Assembly: GCF_009914755.1 (NCBI RefSeq)
Contig: NC_060929.1
Source: the human T2T-CHM13v2.0 reference genome, Homo sapiens
Direction: 5' to 3' (one strand)
Length of the DNA stretch: 64,000 nt
Positions 27,097-40,223 of the stretch are shown here, piece by piece. The position numbers and the translations under genes were made by a program. Positions within the stretch are counted from its first letter, which is position 1. Every line of letters begins with the position of its first letter. Below the pieces are notes generated by a model, which saw only the letters and a program-made list of their open reading frames with translations, had not been told where the DNA came from and searched no databases.

Positions 27097-28510
27097 GAAA
27101 TTGGTACCAAGAGTGGGGTGTTACTACAGCAAATACCTGAAAATGTAGAAGAGGCTTTGAAATGTGGTAATTGGAAGAAGCTGGTAGAATTTGGAGGAAT
27201 AGGCTAGAAAATGTCTGTATTTTCATGAATGGAGCATTAAGAATAATTCCGGTGAGGCCATAGGGAAAGTCTAAAACTTTTCAGAAATTATGTAAGCGAT
27301 TGTGATTAGTAGGTTGGTAGAAATATAGACAGTAAAAGCAATTCTGATGTGGTTTCAGAGGAAAATGAAAAATATTAGAAACTGAAGGAAGGGGCATCCT
27401 TGCTATAAACTGGCAAAGAACTTGGCTGAAATGTCTCCATGTCCAAGAGATTTATGGCAGAATGTAAGAGCAATGAACTAGGATATCTGGCAAAAAAAAC
27501 AGCTCAGTAAAGCAATGGTGAGGACTGTGTAGCTTCTCTTAACTATATATAGTAAAATGTGAAAAGAACTAATTCAAAGATGGAATTTATAATCAAAAGG
27601 GAAGGAGAATCTAGAGATTTGGAAAATTCTCAGGCTGGCTATGTAAAGAATAAAAAAGCAGGTTAGGAGAGAAAACCAAGGGTATGGCAAAGCCACTGGT
27701 TTGATAAGGAGATGAGTATGCATAGAAGAAAGCCAGGTGCTATTAATCAAGACAATTAAAGATTGACCCTAAAAATATTTCAAAGACCTTCCAGGCTGCA
27801 AGTCTGATCACAGGTCCAGAATGCTAGGTACCTGAAGGCAGAAAGATTCCCGGAAAGAGGTGTGGGGTACCTACAGGATCTAAACATTCACTGCCCTATG
27901 CGGCCTTAAATGTCTGCTCACTATATACTGGTGCAGCACCCCTCGACTATCCCAGCTGTCATTCAGGTGGGTACATTTATGGCTCCAGACACCATTCCGA
28001 AAAGTACAAGCTGTAAATCTTCACAGCCTCCACATGGTGCCAATCCAGCAGGCACACTGAATACACAAGCTGAACTGTAGAATGTGCAATGCCAGCCTGG
28101 AAGAGCTTCAGACATGAGACTAACCCATGAGAGCTGCTGCATGTGCTGAATCCAGCAAAATCATATGAGTGAGGATGCCTGAGGCCCAGCAGGTAGGACA
28201 TAAAGTCAAGAAGAAATATTCTGGAGCCTTAAGATTTAGTGTCATTTGCCCTGTTGGGCTTTGGACTTACTTGGAACCTGTTGTTCTTTTCTTCTGTACT
28301 ATCGCTCCCTTTTGGAATGAGGATGTCTATCTTAAGCTTGTCTCCTATTTTATTTTCGAAGTAGATAACTCTGATTTCACATACCCAAAGCTTGAGGGGA
28401 ATTTGCTTCAGGATAAATCATGCCTTGAGTCTCAGCCACATCTTATATTTAGATAAGACTTCTGGACTTTAAAGTCTTGAGTTCATACAGGAAAGTTAAG
28501 ACTTCTGGGG

Positions 28511-28579
<69 letters not shown>

Positions 28580-28663
28580 ATTTACTATGGTTTGAATGTT
28601 GAAATAGAATAAATGTATTTTTTATATGAGAAGGACATGTGTATTGGGGAGCCAGGGGCAGAA
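27097..28663 (+). mobile_element. MST-int (MaLR internal region)
   Basis: Begins GAAATTGGTACC...ATACCTGAAAATGTAGAAG and ends with the purine tract GGGGAGCCAGGGGCAGAA directly before the 3' LTR. Confidence 0.85.
28514..28580. repeat. (TA)n(TG)n microsatellite
   Basis: About 27 uninterrupted TA units followed by a TG run. Confidence 0.95.
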
Positions 28664-28994
28664 TGCTATGGTTTAAATATTTGTCCCCTCCAAACTCATG
28701 TTGTAATTTAATTGCCATTGTAATAGTATTAAAAGGTGGATTCTTTGGGAAAAGATTATGTGGGATTGTTACCTTACAAAATGATGAGTTTGGTTTCCTT
28801 TTCCTCTTTACCCTTCCACCTTCCTTCATGTGAAGACAAGCTTTTCTCCTTTTCCAAGAGTACAAGTTTCAAGATGCCATCTTGGAATAGAAATTGCCAA
28901 ATTCACCCATATTGATATTGGACTTCCAAGCCTCCAGAACTGTAAGCCAATAAATTTGTTCATAAATTACCCAGTTTTTTACATTCTATTATAT
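28664..28994 (+). mobile_element. MST (MSTC-like) 3' LTR
   Basis: TGCTATGGTTTAAATATTTGTCCCCTCCAAACTCATGTTG...GGACTTCCAAGCCTCCAGAACTGTAAGCCAATAAATT...ATAAATTACCCAGT. Extreme 3' end eroded. Confidence 0.8.
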
Positions 28995-29079
28995 GTATGG
29001 AATGAGACCCATATGAAGCTATCTGTACATTAAAAATATATTTATACACATGTTTTTGTAAAGGCATGAAATATTTCTG

Positions 29080-29175
29080 TAGTCTGTCTTATCTCCATTG
29101 TTGCTTTACCCAGCATGCTGCCTTATATATAGTAGGTATTCTTTTAATATTTGTTGAATGAAAAATTAAATGAAC
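29080..29175 (+). mobile_element. L2 3' end
   Basis: ATAGTAGGTATTCTTTTAATATTTGTTGAATGAA. Confidence 0.6.
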
Positions 29176-29869
29176 AAGTTATTCAATAAAAATGAGAAGG
29201 GAGGAAATCCAGAGACTTCTCTTTGTATTTTTATATCCTTCACTATTTGCACTTATTAGCACAAGCATTCATTACATTCAGAATAAAAAAACATCTGAAA
29301 TGATTACACCACTGTTTATTTTTCAAAGGCAGTGGCTAAGCCCCTTTCAAAATCACAATGATATTCCTCATCCTCTGTTCCACCTCCTCACACACCTTCC
29401 TCCAATCCACAAAGATAATGAGCCTCTTTACAATCCTGTGTGTACTTTGGGACTAAACTTTGGCTACAGAGGATCTTAGAGGAAGATGCTTGATGTGACC
29501 TGGCTTATCTGATTCTTTCTCATGTAAATGTGAACTTGTTTGTTCCCAAGGGGCGACAATATGTTAGATTCTCTGCTGGTTGGAATCAGCTATGTATTTG
29601 AGAGTTGTGGATGTCTGTCATGGACCTTGAGTAGCAAAGCAAACCACTTATTAGGAAAGAAAAATGAGGTAGACAGAAACCTATAAGCCATAAGCAGCAC
29701 AGAAAAGAAACACCTCAAGCTTCTGACATCTTCCCATTTTTGTTCTTTTTTTGAGGGCCAGTTGTACCCCTGTCCCAGGGTCCCCGGGGATTCAACAAAA
29801 TAATCAACTATTTCACAGAAGCCATCTTGAGCTGCTTTCTGTAGGCAGTCATTTAGAATTCTAATGGAT

Positions 29870-30328
29870 CTCCCTATTGCCTCATCAATGAAGACTGAGC
29901 ATTATTGCCCATATACAAAAGCATATACATGACCTTTCATGATTTGGCCCTCACCTACCTCTGTGTCCTCTTCCCCTCAATACTCCATTATACATTGCCT
30001 CCTTACTTTACCCAGGGATACCATTGTAACACTCTTTATTGGGCTAACGCTGACTCTTTCCAGTATTAATTTCTTTTTTTTTTTTTAAAGTTCTGTATGG
30101 CCATTGAAGCCACCACCCACCACATCTCAGTAAGGACTTCAGCGTGTGCTCCTCTATAAAAGGGGCACTCATCACACAATAACACCTTACTCTTCCACAT
30201 GTTTGACTCTCCAACTAGACTGCAGCTTCCTTGTAAATGGAATCTTCTAATTGCGGCTTTATCATCAGCATCAACATGATTTATGTCTCTCACATAATTC
30301 CCATTCAATAAATATTAACTGAATAAAT
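29870..30328 (+). mobile_element. L2 fragment
   Basis: GACCTTTCATGATTTGGCCCTCACCTACCTCT...CTCCAACTAGACTGCAGCTTCCTTG...TCAATAAATATTAACTGAATAAAT. Confidence 0.65.
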
Positions 30329-30819
30329 TATTATATTCACATCCACATTGTTCATAATCTTATACTTTCATATTCTATTGATTAAAATACCTATGAAAAC
30401 ACAAAACAATAAAAAAATTGGCCAACCTGATATGTTTATATTCCCTCAAGTCTAAACTAAAAAAGACACAGTTAGAACTAATGGATGTGGTGACCACATA
30501 ACAGATGCAGATACCTCAAGACACAGCAAATTGGAGAATACAAGAAGTAAACTAATTACAATTTATTTGAAACTGTTAGTCTGACAATTAGATATCATAC
30601 AACAAAAACTCTCATAATTGCAGGTTTTCATAGTTATGAATCCAAAAGATAAAAATAAGAAATCTCTCAGGTAAAAATTAGTTTCTTTTATCTACTATAA
30701 CTAAGTTACTGTACTTTTATCTTTTTAATACACTGCCTCATTTAAAGACACTTCATAATCTAAAACATCTCCTGATTTTAAAGATGAGGGAATGCAGATT
30801 TGGATAGAAGTAATATGAC

Positions 30820-31181
30820 TGTATTAGTCCATTCTCACGCTGCTATAAAGAACCGCCAGAGGCTGTGTAATTTATAAAGGAAAGAGGTTTAATTGACTCA
30901 CAGTTGTCCATGGTTGGGGAGGTCTCAGGAAACTTACAATCATGGCAGAAGGGGAGGCAAACACATCCTTCTTCACGTGATGGCAGGAAGGAGAAGTGCC
31001 GAGCAAAAAGGGAAAAAGCCCCATATAAAACCATCAGATCTTGTGAGAACTATCATCAGAACAGCATGGGAAAAACCACACCCATGATTCAAATATTTCC
31101 ACCTGGTCCTGCCCTTGATATGTGAAGATTATTACAACTCAAGGTGAGCTGTGGATGGGGACACAGAGTCAAATCATATCA
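30820..31181 (-). mobile_element. THE1C-like MaLR solo LTR inserted in a MIR
   Basis: TGTATTAGTCCATTCTCACGCTGCTATAAAG...GGGGACACAGAGTCAAATCATATCA. Perfect TSD ATGAC at 30815-30819 and 31182-31186. MIR sequence continues on both sides. Confidence 0.92.
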
Positions 31182-32039
31182 ATGACCAAGATCAGAAAGT
31201 TAATTAGCAGCTGAATGTGGACTAGAAATCACCGCTTTTGGCTTTCTTTCTTGATCCAAACTGGTTTCCTTCATCTTTAACAGCAAGTTTTCAGGTCAAT
31301 TTTAGTGCTTTCAGCTCAAGCCTGCCTAGAATTTAATATTTCAGGATTGCCATGCTCTAGCCCCTGGATAACAGAGGTATGTGAAAACCAAAATAAATTT
31401 TATTGGAAACTGATTTTATAGGCAGGAATAAAAAATATCATCTAAATAAATCACTGCAGTGTTAATCTTGAAGTAAAAGTTGGTTATGTCTCGAGCAAGG
31501 TCAGTTTTTGGCATTCAAATTAAATAAATATAAGCCAGCTTATCTTTTGGAAAGCAGGAGACTATAAAAACACAATTGCCAGAATGGGAGAAAATTGAAG
31601 CTGATTTCCATGGCAACAAAAGAGTTACACAGATGAAATAGGGGCACATAAAAATTGATATATGCTACATTAAAAATAGAAAATGGAAAGTAAACAACAA
31701 GGGATTGACATTCATAAAGAATTCCCTGAGAGAGGAGGCTACCACTGAGACACCTTGAGTCTACGAGCCAGTAGGGAAAATGTTTTCAACTGGAAGTCTC
31801 ATGTCTGGCTTATTGCAGTATACAAATGCCTCAATGGTTATGGTTTCTCTATACTAACATGGAGTGGACTTTGTCAGTTGGGTATTTTTCTGTAGCAAAC
31901 TTTTGTGGACTTATTGAATCTTTAGGTGGAAGACTTGGGTTGAGGTTATCAGACACCTTAAACTTAGAGAAGTCTCTTCATCCTACTAACCTTACCTTAG
32001 TTTAGTTTCCATCATAACCTTCATGTTCAAGGTCTTTGC

Positions 32040-32605
32040 CCACTTTGACATATACTCCATCACCCTAGGGGATTTACTTTTCTAAAACAAATCTCAGTCA
32101 AGATCCATTTATAGTCATTTATATGAATCCCCACTACCCTCTTTAGCATGACATACCAGCTTTTCATATTTTAAGCCCTACTAAATCCCCATCCCATGTC
32201 ATGTTCCCAGCACTCTAAGCATACCTTTCTTCATCACCGAATGCCTCCTTGGAACTGAAGACATTTGCCCACGCTACACTCATTGTCTGTATCATATGCC
32301 TTTTCATGGTCGTCCATTCCTCTCTCCTAGCTTTTCCTTATTTTAGTAGGAATAACCTCCACCTGGAAGCCTCTGCTGACTGTTCCACCCACCTCCACGG
32401 GCCAGATGTCTCTAAAAACATGCTCCCATGGAACTCTCTGCATGCAGTGATTACAAATGTTTATTATATTGTACAGAAAGTGCCTGCTCATTTGGCAGTC
32501 TTCGTTGCTAGGCTGATAGCTAGTTGTGATTTGTCTGTAATCACAGCCCTAGTGTCTGGCACATAGCACAAACTCGATATATATTTATGGACTAAAATGA
32601 ACTAA
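32040..32605 (+). mobile_element. L2 fragment
   Basis: ACCTCCACCTGGAAGCCTCTGCTGAC...AGTGTCTGGCACATAGCACAAACTCGATATATATTTATGG. Confidence 0.55.
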
Positions 32606-32707
32606 AGATAAATATCTCCTATGAGTATTTGCCTATATTTCTGTTGCATACCATTCCTAACATAAAGCTCATTTACTACAATGAAATCTCAATCTACTTT
32701 TTAATAG

Positions 32708-34732
<2,025 letters not shown>

Positions 34733-34974
34733 AGAAAGTTCTTGCTGTTTTTCACATTTTTAGTTTCATGTATCGCAACATTTATGTACCATTACTTTGT
34801 GTTTTATTATTTGGAATTCTCACAACCACCAGAGAAGCTCCTGATGGCTCCTTTCTGAAACTCAATTGCTCAAGAATGAAAAAGTAGAAATATGCAATCA
34901 AATACTACATGTTGTTTAGTATTTATCCACTACCTGGAACTGCCTGTTAGATTACACTAAGGAGAAACTGAATA

Positions 34975-35085
34975 AAGGCAGAGAAATAAAAAGACCAAAG
35001 GAAGAAAAAACCTATGTCCACAAAATGGCATTTGCAAAAAAGTTCACAGCAACTGATTTATAATAGCTAAGAAATAGAAACAATG
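34975..35085 (+). mobile_element. Old L1ME-type fragment (probable host of the L1 stack)
   Basis: AAAACCTATGTCCACAAAA...GTTCACAGCAACTGATTTATAATAGCTAAGAAATAGAAACAA. Confidence 0.55.
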
Positions 35086-36107
35086 TGACATCATTAGTAT
35101 GGTGGTGTAGGAAGCCCTGGACTCTCCTTTCCTCCACCAACATATGAATTCAACACTTTATGGACAAATAACCTTGTGAGAAATCAGATTGAGAGTCTTC
35201 TGCATCTAGGAAAGTACATACAACTAGACTCATCAAAGCCAGTAGGGAGATTTAGGATATTCTTTTACCAGACACTCTGCCACCAGTGTAGGACTGTTCA
35301 ATTTGGAAGAAACCCCCAACACCCCCAACCCCAGTTCCCAGTTTCATCCAGGAGGAAGAGGAAAGAGATTGGTTAACACATCCAATGTCCCAGTTTTTAC
35401 AAGGGGATTCTTCAAAAAACTGCCTTCTATTTCACCAATCCTGGAGCGCTGATGGGTCCAGCAAAGCCTAGCTCCCCAGGGGCAGAACAGAGGCAGTAGA
35501 TTGAGTTGGTAGATGCCATCAACCCTCCCTTTTGTTCAGCAAAGAGCGAGCAGACAAAAAAACATCCTAACTTTAAATTTCCCTCTGGGAGGAAAAGAGC
35601 TGACCTGTGCATTTACTACCCAACTTCCCCAGGGTTGCTCAAGTAACTAACAACTGTCTCGCCAGACACGAGTCTTTTTTGGGTCCAACAAAGTCTAGCC
35701 ACCAAGGGAAAATGGAGACAGTGTCTTAGGCTGATAGACACCACAGCTTCCTCAGTTAGTACAGTACAAGCAGACAGAATCACAGCTACCTGCTTCTCCC
35801 AAGAATTAGAAGAGGCCTCCAGAATATCTGGCTAGTCTTACGAGTGGGAGTCTTTCTATATGAGGCCCATTTGTAAAAACTGTAAGAGATGCCTGCTTTG
35901 CCTAATGTGAAGACATCAAAGCAGAGAGCAAAGAAAAAAATTTAAAAATCAGCTAAAGATGTTCCGAAGAAAGAGACAAGATAACAAGATCTCTAGAAGT
36001 TGATTTTAATAAAAGTTATATTAATAACTTTACCAATAATTAAAACTCATGAAGATGCTCACCAAGGTCAAAAGAAGAATGCATGGACAAATTAATAATT
36101 TCAACAA

Positions 36108-36402
36108 ATTATATATATATATATATATACACACACACTGTGATTTTGTGTGATTATAAATATATAAAGCTGGTGCAAAGTTGCGTTTTTTTGGCCATTA
36201 AAAGATACACACACACGCACACATATATATAAATTCAGTTGCTTTGTTCTTCAACTCTGATTTCTGTTTGGTGATATATATAGATATATAGCTATCTATA
36301 ACTATAAATATGCATCTGTATACAGATATAGATATTTCTGTGGTGATATATATAGGTATCTATCTATCTAAAATCACAGAGTTGAAGAACAAAGCAACTG
36401 AA
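36108..36402. repeat. Complex AT-rich insertion with 26-bp perfect inverted repeat and degraded half-MADE1
   Basis: 36234-36259 is the exact reverse complement of 36377-36402. TA/CA microsatellites present. GCTGGTGCAAAGTTGCGTTTTTTTGGCCATTA at ~36169-36200 resembles a MADE1 arm. Confidence 0.8.
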
Positions 36403-37231
36403 CTGAAAAATTCACTAGAGGGATTCAACAAGAAAAGACCAGAAATCTCAAAAACTGGCCACAAAAAATAATTCAGTCAGAGAAGCAAACAGAAAATGAA
36501 TGAAAAAAGGTAAAGCTTATGGAATGTATGAGATACCATTAAGCAGGCTAATACATAGATTATGGGAATTTTTAAAGTAGAAGACTAATAGAAAAGGGCA
36601 GAAAACTTATACAAAAAAATAATAGCTTAAACTTCCCAAGTCTTGGGAAAGAGTTGTGTATCAAGATCCAAGAAGCCCAAAATAGAGCAAATAAGATGAG
36701 CTCAAAGAAACTTACACCAAAATGCATTATCATCATATTGTTAAGTCAAAGACAGACAGAATTTTAAAAGCAGCAAGAGTATAGCAACTTTTCACATACA
36801 AGGGAATTCCAATAAAATTACTGGTGGAATTTTTAGCATACACTTTGCAGACCAGAAGGAAGTGGGATGATACATTTACAGCGTACAATGAAGAAAACGT
36901 CACTAACCAAGAATATTATGGCAGCAAAACTGGCCTCCAAAAATGGAGAGCTAAAGACTTTCCCATATATACAAAATCTGGGAGAGTTCATCACAACTAC
37001 ACATAGGTTAAAAGAAAAGCTAAAGAGAGTTCAAATCTAAATAAGAGGACACTAAACCGCAACATGATAAATTGCTTACAACATAAGAAAGTATGAAACT
37101 TATGGGTAAAGGTAAATATATACATGAGTACAGTAATATACAATAACAATACTATATTACTGTACATTGTCGTGGCTAAAACCTCTTTCATTCCAGTATA
37201 GAAGCTAAAAGACAAAATATTTTTTAAAAGT

Positions 37232-37541
37232 TTATCTGCAACTTCTACATCCATGAATTTAACCAACCACAAATTGGAAATATTTGTAAAGAAACACAAA
37301 AAATAACAGTACAACCATAAAAATACAAATTCAAAAATAGAATATAACAACTATTTACATAGAAGTTACATTGTGTTAAGTATTATAAGTATTCTAGAAA
37401 TGATTTGCCATATATAAGAGGATGTGTATAGTTTATAAGCAAATACTACACCATTTTATATAAGATACACCACATCTATAAATTGTGGTATCTGAAGGTA
37501 GTCCTAGAACTAATTCCCCACAGAAAATGACAGATGATCAT
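37232..37541. mobile_element. MER2/MER2B (Tigger MITE) inside L1M A
   Basis: CATCCATGAATTTAACCAACCAC...TATAACAACTATTTACATAG...GCAAATACTACACCATTTTATATAAG...GTCCTAGAACTAATTCCCCAC. Confidence 0.8.
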
Positions 37542-39844
37542 GTGACTACAAATATGTTAACAGTAATAAGACATAAATAGATATAAATTGTGACAACAAT
37601 AACATAAAGTGTGTGGTGGGGATAAGTTTAAGTGTAGAGTTTTTGTAGGTGATTGAACTTTAGTTATCAGCTTAAAATATACTTATTATAAGATATTTTA
37701 TGTAAGCCCCAAGATAACCACACAGACATACATTTAAAAGCTGTGGAAATTACAAAAAAGAAGGAAATCAAAGCAATCACAGTAGGTCAATATTAAAAAA
37801 ACACACAAAAACAGAGTGAAAGAGAAAGATAAAAACAAGACTAACAGAAAACCACTAGCAAAATAGTAATAATAAATCTTTCCCTATAGATAATTACATT
37901 AAATGTAATGCACTAAACTCCCCAAAAGGCATACAGTGGCTAAATGAATTTTAACAACCCAATTATATTATCTCTACAAGAAACTCACTTAGATTTAAAG
38001 ACACACATAGAAGAGGTAGAAAAAACGTGCCACGGTAATTAAAAGAGAACAAGCGTGGTGATACTTACATTAGACAAAATAAACTTTAATTAACAAATTG
38101 TCAATGGAAGCAAAATCATTACAAAATGATTAAAAGGTGAATCAGGAAAATATTATAGTTATAAATTTATGTGCACCTAACATCAGATAACATAAATATA
38201 TAAAACAAACATTGATAGAATTGAAGGGAGAAATAGCAATATTATAATAGTAAGAAACACCAAACCCTACTTTCTGTAACATACTGAAAGTGCTGACAGA
38301 TCTCTAATGAAAGGGAACTTGAATAACACTACACACCGACAGGACCTAAAAGACATATGCAGAACATCCCACCCAAAAACAGATGAATGCACATTCTTCT
38401 CAAGCCTATGTGCACTTTCTCAAGAACGAATCACATATTAGTTTACAAAACAGGTCTTATTAATTTAAGAAGTTTAAATCCTATCAAATATCTTTTCTGA
38501 CTACAATAGCATGAAACTACAAATCATGTTTCTAGTTTGGAAAATTCAGAAATATGTGGAAATTAAATGAAAAACTCTTAAACAACCATGAAGTCAAGGA
38601 AGAAATAAAAATAAAACAAAATAAATATCTAAGGCAAATAAAAACAAAAACACAACATCCAAAACTGAGATGCAGTAAAATCAATATTAAGGAGAAAATT
38701 CATAGTGATAAATTTCTACATTAAAAAAGAATGATCTAAAATAAACAACTTTACATCTCATGGAACTAGAAAAGATAACAAACTAAGCCAAAGATTAGCA
38801 GAAGGAAGGAAATGGCAAAGATTAGAACATAAAGCAAAATATAGAAATTACAAAAATGCTAAACAAAACAGTCTTTTTTGAAAAAAAATATTGACAACCC
38901 CTTACCTAGACTAATTAAGAGAGAAGACTCAAATAAATACAATTAGAAATGTAAGAGTAGATTATAACCGATGCCATAGAAATATGAAAGGTCATAAAAG
39001 ACTACTATGAACAATTATATGCCAACACACTGGATTACCCAGAAAAAAAATGGATAAATTCCTAAGAACACATAGCCTATCAAGGCTAAAGCATAAAGAA
39101 ATAAAAAGTTGAACAGACTTTTAAATAATATGAAGATTGAGTCAGTAATCAATGTCCCCCACCCCCACCCCAGGAAAACCACAGGACCAGATGGCTTCAC
39201 TGAAGAATTTAACCAAACATTGAAAAAAAAATTAACATTATTATTTCTTAAACTCATCACAAGACTGAAGAGGAGGGCACATTCCCAAACATATTTTATG
39301 TCTAGCATTACCCAGATACCAAAGCCAAAGATACCACATAAAACTACAGACAAATATTCTTGATGAATATAGACGTAAAATTCTTGACAATATACTAGCA
39401 AACTGAACTCAATAAGATATTAAATAAATTATACACCGTGATAAAATGAGATTTATCCCTGAGATGCAAAGATGGTTCAACACACAAAAATTAATGGATA
39501 TAATACACTATGTTATCAAAATAAATATTGCGTAAGAATTTCAGTAGTCCTAAAAAAAGCATTTGACAAAACTGAATTCTATTTTATGATTAAAAAAACT
39601 CTTAAAAAACTAGGAAAAAAAGTAAATTGCCTCAACATAATGAAGGCCATATATGAAAAGCTCACAACTAATATCATACTCGATGAAAAAATGAAAACTT
39701 TCTCTCTAAGAACAGAAACAATATAAGGATTTCCACACTTACCACTTGTATTTATCACAGTAATGGAAATCCTAGCCAAAAAAAATTTAGGCAAGAAAAG
39801 GAAATAAAAGATATACAAATAGGAAAAATAAAAGTAAAATTGTC

Positions 39845-40223
<379 letters not shown>

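Noticed and set aside
29320-29860. Possible old ERVL LTR (LTR16/LTR33-like)
   Set aside because: Only a vague resemblance. I could not fix termini or family by eye.
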